Positions 19,348 to 28,775 of a DNA stretch of 57,659 nt are shown in pieces. The notes beneath the pieces are model-generated. The model saw nothing but the letters and a program-made list of their open reading frames with translations. It made no database searches and was not told the origin of the DNA. The stretch is from an uncultured Bacilli bacterium. GTDB taxonomy: Bacteria > Bacillota_I > Bacilli_A > RFN20 > CAG-449. The DNA lies in assembly GCA_947626895.1 (NCBI GenBank), contig CANQTY010000001.1, positions 68,477 through 126,135 on the forward strand, in the 5' to 3' direction. Position 1 is the stretch's first letter. Every line of letters starts with the position of its first letter. Made by a program: the position numbers and the translations under genes.

Positions 19348-22203
19348 TTACTGGAATTGATCCTCCTCTTTTATAGAATTACTCTTGTTATACATAACAA
19401 TGGAGATAAAGGAACAAATAATGAATATTACAATACCGATTGTACTAGCAATACCATATTGAGGATTATTCGTGGATGTAACAATCTTATATAAGAATGT
19501 AATTAATAAGTCTGTTTGTCCTAAGCCTAATAATCCTGATCCAACGATTGATGGACCCCCACCTGTAAGGAAGAAGATAACATTGAAGTTATTAATATTA
19601 CCAATAAATTGAGTAATGAGATAAGGTCCAGTGACGAATAAGATGTAAGGCATCGTAATCTTCGCAAATTGTGTGACTGTCCCAGCACCATCAACTTTTG
19701 CAGATTCATATAAATCTTTTGGAATATTTAATAAGATACCTGTTGTGGATAGAATGGTATATGGAATACCAACCCATACGTTAACTAGAATAATGATGAT
19801 TTTTGCCATCATAACTCCATTTGCAGATCCATCGGAACCAAAGCCTAATCGGTAGCCAAATGTATCATTGAATAATCTTCCTAATGCACCCGTATCTTTT
19901 AATAAGGTAGCAATTGATAGTAAGGAAATGAATTGAGGAATTGCGACTGTCATCATGAAGATTGTTCTCCATAATTTCTTAAGTCTAATACCTTCTTTGT
20001 TAATTAATAAGGCAACAACAATACCTAAGATATAGTTTGAGAATGTGGCAACAATTGCCCAAATCATCGTCCATTCAACAGTTCTTAATAAAGCATTTGG
20101 TAAGACAACATAGACCGAATCCGCGGGAGGATTAAATAATGTAGCAAAGTTATCAAATCCTATCCATGTAAATAATTGAGTTGGTGGAATATGTCCTGTT
20201 GAGTAGTTTGTAAATGCCACGAGAATTGAGAACAATAATGGCATGATAGACATAAATAAGATACCAATAACAGGAAGTGATAAGATTGTAATATGGAACT
20301 TATCATTAAATAAGCTCTTCACTGTCTCTTTAAAGGAAACTGGTCTTCCATTATATTTATCTGGATGATCTTTAACATATTGTTCTTTTTCTTTATCAAG
20401 TGTATTTAACTCTTTTTCAACTTCTTCACTTGTCATAAAACGCTGTGCTTTATTTTCAGTGATTAATAATTTCTTAGCGAATGCTTGAGCATCTTTATAA
20501 TTTAATTTGTATTCAACAATCATCATATCGATGACTTCTTGCATCGCAAATTCTTCACTTGTATAATTCGTTTTTAAGTATTTCTTATCACGATTATAAG
20601 CATTTTTAGATTCTTTAATTTCTTCTTTTTCAAGAAGTTTAATATTCTTATCACTTGGTAAGTCATTTAAACTTCTCATAATTGCAGTAGTTCCATCAAC
20701 TAATTTAGCTTTAGCTTCCATTAAAAGTTGATTTTTATTTGGATCATTCGCGGCTTTAATCGCTTTAACTTCTTCTTTATAAGCAACTTTTACTTTTGCT
20801 AATTCATCATTTAAAGCCTTTTTCTTTTCGCGGATAGCATCAAAGCTAGTTCGTGTATTGGTGATTTTTTGATTCATCTCTTCACCCAAAGAAACAATCT
20901 TTTGAACGTTTTCTTCGTTCTTTTCTTGATACTTATCTAATTTAGATTCGTATAAATCTTTAAATTCTTGATAATGTGAATAGAAGAGAATCTTTGCATC
21001 TAAACTAGCAACGTATTTATAGTAATCATTAAATTTACCATACTTATCATTATTTCTAGTTTCTTGAATTTCTACGAATGTTAAGTAACGTTTATGGATT
21101 TCCTCTAAAACGTGATTTTGTTTTTTAATTTTGTTATCCCATTTTGCAAGTTTACCCATGTTCTTGTTTTCATACTTTTCAATAGAAATATCTAATTTTT
21201 CAAAGTATTCAGGATCATCACCTGTGTAAGCTTTACGTTTTTCATCACATTCTGCAATGTGGGCTTTTAGACCATCTTGGCAAATTTGATTGACTTTTTC
21301 TCTTTTTGTTTCTAATTTCGCGATAACATTTTCTTGACGTTTAACGGTTTTAAAATATTTATAAGAATGTCTGCAGTTATTGATTAATAAATATCTTGTA
21401 TAATCTGCATCCTTTTTATTTTCTATTTTGCTAACGTATTCATCAATTTCGGCTTTTTTAGAATTGATAAAGTCTTTACAAGAAATACCTTCTTCGAATG
21501 CTTTTTTTGCTTCGGCATCAAATTTTTTAGAGATTTCAATATTATCTTTATAAAGTTGTTCGAAATGGATGAACTCTTTAATACGATAATTATTGTAACC
21601 ACTATTGATGCTACGATTCCAAATATAAAGGAAGAAGAAGATGGATAAGATCCATAATAATCCATAAATAAGGATCATAATGGAGTTATCACCATTAATC
21701 CATTCACAGAATTGTTCATCTTCACAGAATGGATCTGGTCCAGGTGCCACTAAACCAAGTTTTCCAAATGTTAACATGTAAAGGGCATTTGCACCAAATA
21801 AAGCAAAGAAAACGATGTATAAAACTTCAAATAATGCAAAAAGTACACCATTTACATATTGTTTATTTGAGAATGATGAGAATCCAAATAAGAAGAACGA
21901 TAATCTTCCTGATCTATCATTATATTTAAATTGATGTGCTTTTCGCTTAAAAAAGTCTTTAATACCGATTACACCATGGAAAACACCTAATCCGAATAAT
22001 TTGAAAAAGTGACCAATGGACGTAAACATTGATACTACTAAATCAAAAAGCCAATAAATCGCTTTCCAAATCGCGGATAAAACTACAGTGAAAAAATAAA
22101 CAACTGGATTTATAAGTTTTACCTTTCTAGCAAATACGCTATTTACCTGAGGGTTTTCTTTTTCATTAGAGTTTTTTATTTCTTCGTTTGTATTATTACT
22201 CAT
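19348..22203 (-). CDS. malF: Maltodextrin ABC permease (MalF/MalC-like) with about 430-aa charged insertion
   Basis: C-terminal MalC domain (VAFTNY, WIGFDNF, DLYESAKVDGA, NINNFNVIFFLTGGGP, TDLLIT); central K/E-rich helical region. Confidence 0.88.
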   Translation of the reverse strand: MSNNTNEEIKNSNEKENPQVNSVFARKVKLINPVVYFFTVVLSAIWKAIYWLFDLVVSMFTSIGHFFKLFGLGVFHGVIGIKDFFKRKAHQFKYNDRSGRLSFFLFGFSSFSNKQYVNGVLFALFEVLYIVFFALFGANALYMLTFGKLGLVAPGPDPFCEDEQFCEWINGDNSIMILIYGLLWILSIFFFLYIWNRSINSGYNNYRIKEFIHFEQLYKDNIEISKKFDAEAKKAFEEGISCKDFINSKKAEIDEYVSKIENKKDADYTRYLLINNCRHSYKYFKTVKRQENVIAKLETKREKVNQICQDGLKAHIAECDEKRKAYTGDDPEYFEKLDISIEKYENKNMGKLAKWDNKIKKQNHVLEEIHKRYLTFVEIQETRNNDKYGKFNDYYKYVASLDAKILFYSHYQEFKDLYESKLDKYQEKNEENVQKIVSLGEEMNQKITNTRTSFDAIREKKKALNDELAKVKVAYKEEVKAIKAANDPNKNQLLMEAKAKLVDGTTAIMRSLNDLPSDKNIKLLEKEEIKESKNAYNRDKKYLKTNYTSEEFAMQEVIDMMIVEYKLNYKDAQAFAKKLLITENKAQRFMTSEEVEKELNTLDKEKEQYVKDHPDKYNGRPVSFKETVKSLFNDKFHITILSLPVIGILFMSIMPLLFSILVAFTNYSTGHIPPTQLFTWIGFDNFATLFNPPADSVYVVLPNALLRTVEWTMIWAIVATFSNYILGIVVALLINKEGIRLKKLWRTIFMMTVAIPQFISLLSIATLLKDTGALGRLFNDTFGYRLGFGSDGSANGVMMAKIIIILVNVWVGIPYTILSTTGILLNIPKDLYESAKVDGAGTVTQFAKITMPYILFVTGPYLITQFIGNINNFNVIFFLTGGGPSIVGSGLLGLGQTDLLITFLYKIVTSTNNPQYGIASTIGIVIFIICSFISIVMYNKSNSIKEEDQFQ

Positions 22204-22225
22204 ATCACCACTCCCCTTAAAAAAA

Positions 22226-22258
22226 TCATATAGGAGGAGAATTACTCCTCCTATATGA
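22226..22258 (-). terminator. Intra-operon hairpin/terminator after the binding-protein gene
   Basis: Perfect 14-bp stem TCATATAGGAGGAG/CTCCTCCTATATGA with 5-nt loop, followed by a T run on the minus strand. Confidence 0.75.
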
Positions 22259-22280
22259 GATAAAAATTAAATTAAGTTAA

Positions 22281-23561
22281 CTATTGTGCAACTCTTAAAG
22301 TATCCATTTGTTCCTTTAAGAATTGTGTCCATGTTTTGCCAGCTAAATTGCTATCAAGATAAGCTTGACCAATGGCTTGACCAATATCCCAATATCTATC
22401 TTGTGCGGTCTTAGCTTGCACGCATGCATAAGCATTTTGTTCAACTAATGCTGCACCACCAATTGTAACGTTAGCTGTATATCTTGAATCTTTTGCAGCT
22501 TCATTATTACATGGAAGTGCTTGACGTTTTTCAAAACGAACGAGTTGAGCTTCTTTTGAAGTTAAGAGTTCTGCAAGAGCAGCAGCTGTTTTTTGTTCTG
22601 CGACAGGACGTGTTTTATTTAAGCAATAAACTTTAGATCCTGTAAATGAAGCCATTTGATAGCTCTTTCCTTCAATCTTATATGTTGGAAGTTTTGTGGC
22701 TGCTAAATTATTACCTACGATTGGTTTTAATTCGTTTTCCATCCAAGTACCAGATACAGCAGCGATTAATGAACCATCAGAAAATCCAGCAGAAATGTTT
22801 TCGTTAGATCCAGTTACTAATGTTCCATCAGCATAATATGGAGTTAATAAACCAGCAATGTATTCAGAAACTTTAACACCTGTTTCATTATCCCAGTTTG
22901 TAACATATTTAACTTTACCTTCAGCATCTTTTTCCCAATATAAGGAATCAACACCACAGGCATCTGGGGACATAATGAAGGAGTTTGCATACCATCCATT
23001 AGCGACATCCATTAAAACCTTTTTATTATTGGCTTTTGCTAAGGCTAACAAATCCTCTAAAGAACCAACTTTATCTTGGATTCCAGAGACACCCTTGTTA
23101 TACCATAAGAAGTATCCGTTATCAGAAGTTACTGGATAACCATATAATTTACCATCAAGTGTTGCACCAGCAACTGCGACTGCAGAGTTTTCTGCGACGA
23201 CTTTATCTTTTCTTGAACCTTTAAGTTCAGAAACGATATCTTTAGATTGTAAATTGAAGATATGGTCATCAGCACATAAGAATAATGCTGGCGCGCCATC
23301 AACGGTTGGGTCTTTTGCTAAGGTTGTACCTGCATCAGATTCTGCAACGGCTGTAAATGTGTAATTGAATTTTGCACTAGCTTCTGTTTGTTTGCTATTG
23401 TAGTCATTAACGACTGCTTCGATAACTTGTTGTTCTGCGGCGGTTGCCCAAATGTCAATATGGACATAATCACCAGCAGGAGCTGCTTCTTGTTGTTGGC
23501 AAGCAACTAAGCCTAATGTGGTCATTAAGGCTGTTCCTAAAATTAATAAACCTTTTTTCAT
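22281..23561 (-). CDS. malE: Maltose/maltodextrin-binding lipoprotein
   Basis: Lipobox LVAC; LYGYP, FLWYNK, SGTW SBP motifs; directly upstream of the MalF/MalG-like permeases. Confidence 0.85.
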   Translation of the reverse strand: MKKGLLILGTALMTTLGLVACQQQEAAPAGDYVHIDIWATAAEQQVIEAVVNDYNSKQTEASAKFNYTFTAVAESDAGTTLAKDPTVDGAPALFLCADDHIFNLQSKDIVSELKGSRKDKVVAENSAVAVAGATLDGKLYGYPVTSDNGYFLWYNKGVSGIQDKVGSLEDLLALAKANNKKVLMDVANGWYANSFIMSPDACGVDSLYWEKDAEGKVKYVTNWDNETGVKVSEYIAGLLTPYYADGTLVTGSNENISAGFSDGSLIAAVSGTWMENELKPIVGNNLAATKLPTYKIEGKSYQMASFTGSKVYCLNKTRPVAEQKTAAALAELLTSKEAQLVRFEKRQALPCNNEAAKDSRYTANVTIGGAALVEQNAYACVQAKTAQDRYWDIGQAIGQAYLDSNLAGKTWTQFLKEQMDTLRVAQ

Positions 23562-23584
23562 ATTCTTTTTTCTCCTTATTTAGT

Positions 23585-24142
23585 TTATTGAGCTGCTGTA
23601 GCTGCTGTGAAATCAATCACAAATTTGAATGAACGTCCAGCGTCATCAGTTTTGAAATTGTATGGATCATATGAGATGTGATATGTACCAGCTTTATTTA
23701 CTGTAACATTAGATCTATTGGAACTACCTTGATTCCAACTTTCTTTTGTTTTGTCTGGAAATAAGGCTTTAAATGCAGCATTACATTCATCAAAGTCTAC
23801 ATCTTCCATACCATATTGTACATTCCAAGAGTTTGAGGCGATAAATTTGAATTCTGCGTTTGCGCCATTAGCCACCATATCTGCTGTAACTACTGCGTCA
23901 AAGGTATATTCATTACTTGTAACTCTTGTAAATCTACATGAAGGATTTGCTTCCTTAATGGTTTTAATGTTATCCCAACCATGCCAATGAGAACCAATAA
24001 TATACATTTCTTCATTTGCTTCAAATTTATTGGTATTTTGTTCAAAGCTATCTCTTTCGTCAGGTTGTTGATTACATGCTACTAATCCAAGTCCACCAAG
24101 CACTGCTAGTGAACAAAGTAACACTTTAGTTTTATTAAACAT
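23585..24142 (-). CDS. Lipoprotein with a single SusE/SusF-like carbohydrate-binding domain
   Basis: Lipobox LVAC; MYIIGS..GWD, EFKF...W..YG and AGTYHISYD pattern. Confidence 0.65.
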   Translation of the reverse strand: MFNKTKVLLCSLAVLGGLGLVACNQQPDERDSFEQNTNKFEANEEMYIIGSHWHGWDNIKTIKEANPSCRFTRVTSNEYTFDAVVTADMVANGANAEFKFIASNSWNVQYGMEDVDFDECNAAFKALFPDKTKESWNQGSSNRSNVTVNKAGTYHISYDPYNFKTDDAGRSFKFVIDFTAATAAQ

Positions 24143-24247
24143 TCTTATCTCCTTTCTTTTTCATCGGAGCAGTTTGCTACAAATCTGCTCGTTTAAAAAT
24201 GTTTATATATATTAATAGAGATTATTTTCTCCTTATTAATACCGAAG

Positions 24248-25354
24248 TTAAATTGCCATTTCTGTATCAACATCAAAGAAATGGACTTTATCTACTTTGA
24301 AATCAATTCTTAATTTATCGTGAATTGAAATCACTTTATTTGCAGGGAATTTAGCAACAAGATCAACGCCACCAAAATCACTATGAATGTAATATTCATT
24401 TCCTAATAATTCAGCGACATTGACTTCGATTTCATAACCGCCTTCTTCAACAGGAATAATGTTTTCTGGACGGATACCTAAGATGACTTTACTTGGAATC
24501 TTCTTTCCTTTATAAACTTCTTTTGGAATCTTAATTTCTTTTCCATCTTTACATTTTGCAACACCTGTTTTTTCATCAAAGTCGACAAGTAAGAAATTCA
24601 TAGCAGGGGATCCAATGAATCCTGCGACGAATAAATTGCTTGGATTATTATAAATTTCAATTGGTGTGCCAATTTGTTGAATTCTACCTAATTTCATGAC
24701 GACGATTCTAGAAGCCATAGTCATTGCTTCAGTTTGGTCGTGTGTAACATAAATGGTTGTGGCTCCTAAGGCCTCATGTAATTTGATGATTTCACTTCTC
24801 ATTTGTACTCTTAATTTTGCATCAAGGTTAGATAATGGTTCATCCATTAAGAAGACTTTAGCATTACGAACAACTGCTCTACCTAAAGCAACACGTTGTC
24901 TTTGACCACCTGATAAAGCTTTTGGTTTACGATCAAGATATTCTGTAATTTGTAAAATTCGTGCAGCTTCATGTACTCTTTTATCAATTTCATATTTTGG
25001 CATTCTTCTAATTTTTAAACCAAATGCCATATTGTCATATACGGACATATGTGGATATAAGGCGTAAGATTGGAACACCATTGCGATATCTCTATCTTTA
25101 GGTGTCTTATCATTACAAAGTTCATTATCGATGTAAAGTTCACCTTTGGTAATATCCTCTAGACCTGCTATCATTCTTAAGGTTGTAGATTTACCACATC
25201 CTGATGGACCAACGAAAACAATGAATTCATGTTTTTTAATTTCAAGATTGAAATCAAACACGGCTTGTACATTGTTATCATAGATTTTGTCTATGTGTCT
25301 TAATGATACAAACGATTCTTCATTCTTTTTTTCATCAACCACATTATTTGCCAT
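24248..25354 (-). CDS. msmX: Multiple-sugar ABC ATPase (MsmX/MalK)
   Basis: [47 protein letters not shown]. Confidence 0.95.
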   Translation of the reverse strand: MANNVVDEKKNEESFVSLRHIDKIYDNNVQAVFDFNLEIKKHEFIVFVGPSGCGKSTTLRMIAGLEDITKGELYIDNELCNDKTPKDRDIAMVFQSYALYPHMSVYDNMAFGLKIRRMPKYEIDKRVHEAARILQITEYLDRKPKALSGGQRQRVALGRAVVRNAKVFLMDEPLSNLDAKLRVQMRSEIIKLHEALGATTIYVTHDQTEAMTMASRIVVMKLGRIQQIGTPIEIYNNPSNLFVAGFIGSPAMNFLLVDFDEKTGVAKCKDGKEIKIPKEVYKGKKIPSKVILGIRPENIIPVEEGGYEIEVNVAELLGNEYYIHSDFGGVDLVAKFPANKVISIHDKLRIDFKVDKVHFFDVDTEMAI

Positions 25355-25408
25355 ATAAATTTAATCCTCCGTTAAACTGCATTTTGTAATTTGTATAAAT
25401 ACAAAATA

Positions 25409-25422
25409 TGCAAGCGGTTTCA
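25409..25422. promoter_or_regulatory. cre/LacI-family operator
   Basis: TGAAACCGCTTGCA on the minus strand, about 14 nt downstream of the -10. Confidence 0.7.
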
Positions 25423-25435
25423 ATACCACGTATAA

Positions 25436-25465
25436 ATAATACCCCCCCCCGTACCTTTTTGTCAA
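25436..25465 (-). promoter_or_regulatory. Sigma-A promoter of the maltodextrin operon with G9 tract in the spacer
   Basis: TTGACA (25465-25460), spacer AAAAGGTACGGGGGGGGG (18 nt), TATTAT (25441-25436). Confidence 0.75.
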
Positions 25466-25932
25466 GAAAAACCTACTTTTCGCACGGAAATAAAGGCATT
25501 TGTTAAAAAAATTACCTCTTATTTTTATACCCCTGAAAGCGGCTTTCATTTTTGTATTAAATTTGTGCACAAGCACAAATCTTATTTTTTATCAATTTTT
25601 TTAATCGTATTTTTTTACCCATATAAACAAATAGGTTGATTTTTATATAAAAAAACCATAAAAATAGCTAAAAATTTTTTTGACTAAAAAAATAAGAAGC
25701 ATTGAAAATTAGCCCATTAATAAGGCATTTTTTAAGTAAAAAAATGGCTTTATTTTTCCTATTAAAATTTCACTATTTTTCTGATGATTTTTTTAGTTAA
25801 AATTTTTTTTGAATTTTTTTATAATTTAACCCCATATGCGTCTATAAAATCATCATTTTTTATCTAAAATGAATTTTCTATTATCATGATTAATTCTTTA
25901 AATTGAATTTTTTATTTCTTATAATTAAAGAC

Positions 25933-26853
25933 ATGAAAGAGATGAAAATGAATCAATTAATTGTATCAAAAGATGGTCCTATTAAGTCCATTCAAGAAGC
26001 CATTAACTCTATAGTATATGGAAATCATGTTTCTATATATATAAAGGAAGGAATCTATGAAGAAAAAATCATCATCGATAAACCCAATATCGATTTAATT
26101 GGTGAAGGAATTAATAAAACCATTATTAAATATAATGATTATTCTAAAAAGATTCATCCTGATGGAAGAGATTATAATACCTTTAGAACCCCAACAGCGC
26201 TTGTTCTAGGGGATTATTGTAAAATCAAAGATTTAGCAATTTATAATTCTGCTGATCCTAAAGGAGGACAAGCTATTGCTTTAGCTATCTATGGGAATCA
26301 TTTTTCTTTAGATAGTGCAAGAATATCTTCCTATAATGATACTTTATTTTTAGGACCCCTTCCTGATGATTTAAAAGAACGCTATACAAAATTTTTAACT
26401 CCAAGAGAATTATTTATTGAAGGAAATCTATATTCTCATTTCAAAAATGCCCTTATTGAAGGTTCTATTGATTTCATCTTTGGCGCAGGCTCTGCTTTAT
26501 TTGATCGTTGTAATATCGTCTCATTAAAAGAAGGATATGTTGCCGCGCCAGGACATAGCCTATTTCAAAAAGATGGATTCATCTTTAATGAATGTCATTT
26601 TATTAATCAAACAAACTTAATGAATTCTACCTATCTAGCTCGACCTTGGAGACCCTATGGTAAATGTGTCTTCTTAAAATGTAGTTATGATAATCATATT
26701 AAAAAAGAAGGAATTGCCTTATGGCATAATTTAACTCCAGAAGAATTCTCTAGATTTTATGAATACCCCTATAATCCTTCAAGAGTAAAATATTTTCTTC
26801 CCTTGAATGATTATGAATATGAAAAATATATCACTCGTTTTATGAATTTTTAA
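25933..26853 (+). CDS. Pectin methylesterase (CE8), no signal peptide
   Basis: SIQEAI, IKEGIYEE, GQAIAL, NDTLF, EGSIDFIFG, YLARPW. Start is ATG 25933 or 25948. Confidence 0.9.
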   Translation: MKEMKMNQLIVSKDGPIKSIQEAINSIVYGNHVSIYIKEGIYEEKIIIDKPNIDLIGEGINKTIIKYNDYSKKIHPDGRDYNTFRTPTALVLGDYCKIKDLAIYNSADPKGGQAIALAIYGNHFSLDSARISSYNDTLFLGPLPDDLKERYTKFLTPRELFIEGNLYSHFKNALIEGSIDFIFGAGSALFDRCNIVSLKEGYVAAPGHSLFQKDGFIFNECHFINQTNLMNSTYLARPWRPYGKCVFLKCSYDNHIKKEGIALWHNLTPEEFSRFYEYPYNPSRVKYFLPLNDYEYEKYITRFMNF

Positions 26854-26864
26854 CTCAATAATTT

Positions 26865-26894
26865 AATCCGTTTTATGAAGACGGATTTTATTTT
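26865..26894 (+). terminator. Intrinsic terminator after pectinesterase
   Basis: AATCCGTTTT-ATG-AAGACGGATT stem plus T-rich tail. Confidence 0.6.
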
Positions 26895-26986
26895 ACTTTA
26901 TTTGTAACAAAAATGAAAAGTTTACTTTCTAAAACACTTCAAAATAAAAGAAAAATGATGTTTTTTTATATTTTATCTTCAATTAT

Positions 26987-27008
26987 AAAAAATCTCCTTT
27001 ATAGGAGA
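26987..27008 (-). terminator. Intrinsic terminator after the AbiEi-like genes
   Basis: TCTCCT-ATAA-AGGAGA followed by a T run. Confidence 0.5.
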
Positions 27009-27032
27009 CATACATTTATTTTCAAATTCTTC

Positions 27033-27689
27033 TTAAAGACGAATCTTTTTACGCTTATATTCCTCTTTAAAGAAAAGCATCGCTTTAGAATTTAATAGAT
27101 TACGATAAATCCGAATGGGATAAAGATTAATATATTCATCAAAAGTGAAAAAATCAACATGGGTTTCATCGATAAAATTCTTCATCGTAGCAATTAATTC
27201 ATCCCCTTTAATTTTACAACATAAATCAAAACGTAAAATCAAATCAAGGAAACGTAAGGCAGCAATATTCTGCTTGTTAATCTCTACAATGGGTTTATAA
27301 AAAATATATTTTTGCCCATTTATCTTCACTCTTCTTTGCGGAGTCTTTGCCTTATTTGTAGTAATTTCTATCACTTTTGGTTTTTTCTTTGTGAATCCGT
27401 AGCGGTACGCTAATTCATAGCCACTATAAAAACCAATGGTATCATTTTCCATATAATATTTTTCTAAATAACTATTTACATCGACTTTTATAGGATTACC
27501 TTGTTCATCACTATGATTACGATAATATACACCCGTATATAAACGAGTTAAGATATTTTTATCGGTCAATCTTTTCATCGTTTGTCATAAATAATTATAA
27601 TTTTCATAAGGGATTTCATCCATAGAAAAAGCTTCCCCATATGGGATTTTTTCAATTAGTTCAAGGATTTTATCTTTTTCTTTTTCCAT
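27033..27689 (-). pseudogene. AbiEi-like antitoxin/wHTH regulator (DUF6088-like) with in-frame TGA
   Basis: Frame extends from ATG 27689 (MEKEKDKILELIEKIPYGEAFS...YL*QTMKRL...RLYTGVYY, GFYSG, GFT..P..IEITTN). The TGA at 27587-27585 aligns with Arg in the paralogue. Confidence 0.7.
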
Positions 27690-27713
27690 GAATAAATTCT
27701 TTCTATATATAAA

Positions 27714-28355
27714 TTAGAAAAGATATTCCATTGTTCCTAAATTATACATATTTTTATATGTTCTTAAGGGACAATTTGAAACATATTTTTTGGCTAAATT
27801 AAAATCAATATCATTATTTTTAAAATAATAATCCAATCGTGATTTTAATCTATTTTCTTTTCTTACTTCAGAAAATGTTTCTATATGAGTCATTAAATCT
27901 AAAAACTCTAAAGTTGTCCTATTTTCTTTTGTAATTTCCACGATAGGTTTATAGATAGCATAACGTAATCCTAATATTTTGATTCTCCGTTGTTCAGTTG
28001 TTGCGGCGTTACTAGATATAAAATTAACCGCAGGATTTTGGCTAGTAAAACCTGCTAAATTTACTAGAGTATAGTAGCAATAAAAGCCAAGGGAGTTCCC
28101 ATCGATATAACATTTACGAATATACTTAAGATAATTACCATAGCCTTCGCTTCCAAAAGATGTAATAAAGTATTTATAATAAACTCCACGCATTAAGCGA
28201 ACTAAGACTTTTTGATCTGCAAGTCTTTTTAAAATAAGTCGAACTTGTTTTTTATTTTCCAAAAGAATTTCCCGTGCAGAAAAAGGTTCTCCCTTAGAGA
28301 ACTTATTAATAAAAGATAATAGTTGATTTCTTTTCCATAAAAATTCCTTTAACAA
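27714..28355 (-). CDS. AbiEi-like antitoxin/wHTH regulator (DUF6088-like), possibly frameshifted at the 5' end
   Basis: GEPF, LKRL....L.RL.RGVYY, GFTSQNP motifs. The ATG with an RBS at 28338 is out of frame; the in-frame TTG lacks an RBS. Confidence 0.65.
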   Translation of the reverse strand: MLKEFLWKRNQLLSFINKFSKGEPFSAREILLENKKQVRLILKRLADQKVLVRLMRGVYYKYFITSFGSEGYGNYLKYIRKCYIDGNSLGFYCYYTLVNLAGFTSQNPAVNFISSNAATTEQRRIKILGLRYAIYKPIVEITKENRTTLEFLDLMTHIETFSEVRKENRLKSRLDYYFKNNDIDFNLAKKYVSNCPLRTYKNMYNLGTMEYLF

Positions 28356-28403
28356 AATAAATCTGAACTTATTTTGTCCAGATTCATTTTACTTTATTTT
28401 TAT

Positions 28404-28664
28404 TTAAAAGAACCTTTTTTCAAGTACTTTTACTATTCCATTTTTAATCGCATCATCATACGAATATTCTTCATACAATAAGCTTTTTGTAGATGAAAGA
28501 TAATCTTCTTCAAAAAATCTTGTATCAATAATGGTTTGTAATAATTCATTGATATTGTATTTAGGATCAGAAACAGGTTTATTGGAAGAATTAGCTTCTT
28601 CTAAACGAACTTGAGTAATTAACTCTTTAAGATAATCATCAAATTCAACATACGGAAATATTTT
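28404..28664 (-). pseudogene. C-terminal remnant of an AbiEii-like nucleotidyltransferase toxin
   Basis: Open frame with no start codon: KIFPYVEFDDYLKELITQVR...KYNINELLQTIIDTRFFEEDY...LLYEEYSYDDAIKNGIVKVLEKRFF*, resembling the C-terminus of AbiEii partners of DUF6088-type proteins. Confidence 0.6.
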
Positions 28665-28765
28665 TATACTCGATTGAGTATAATTTTTATTAAAATAACA
28701 TATATTATACTTTATCGAGTATACTAAACTAAAAAAGATATTGTAATTATACTACAACGAGTATA
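28665..28765. promoter_or_regulatory. Three HipB-type operators TATACT-N6-AGTATA, with the hip promoter
   Basis: Operators at 28665-28682, 28706-28723 and 28748-28765; the third sits in the spacer of TTGTAA (28741)-17 nt-TAAAAT (28764). Confidence 0.85.
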
Positions 28766-28775
28766 AAATAAGTTT

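Noticed and set aside
25361-25576. 71-aa ORF whose frame contains the G9 tract
   Set aside because: Overlies the msmX promoter and operator with no RBS or recognisable protein features; the tract is better explained as a promoter spacer.
27585-27587. TGA read as Trp (code 4) or Sec
   Set aside because: TGA ends ezrA and mutS2 normally, conserved Trp codons checked are TGG, and the site aligns with Arg, consistent with a CGA-to-TGA mutation.
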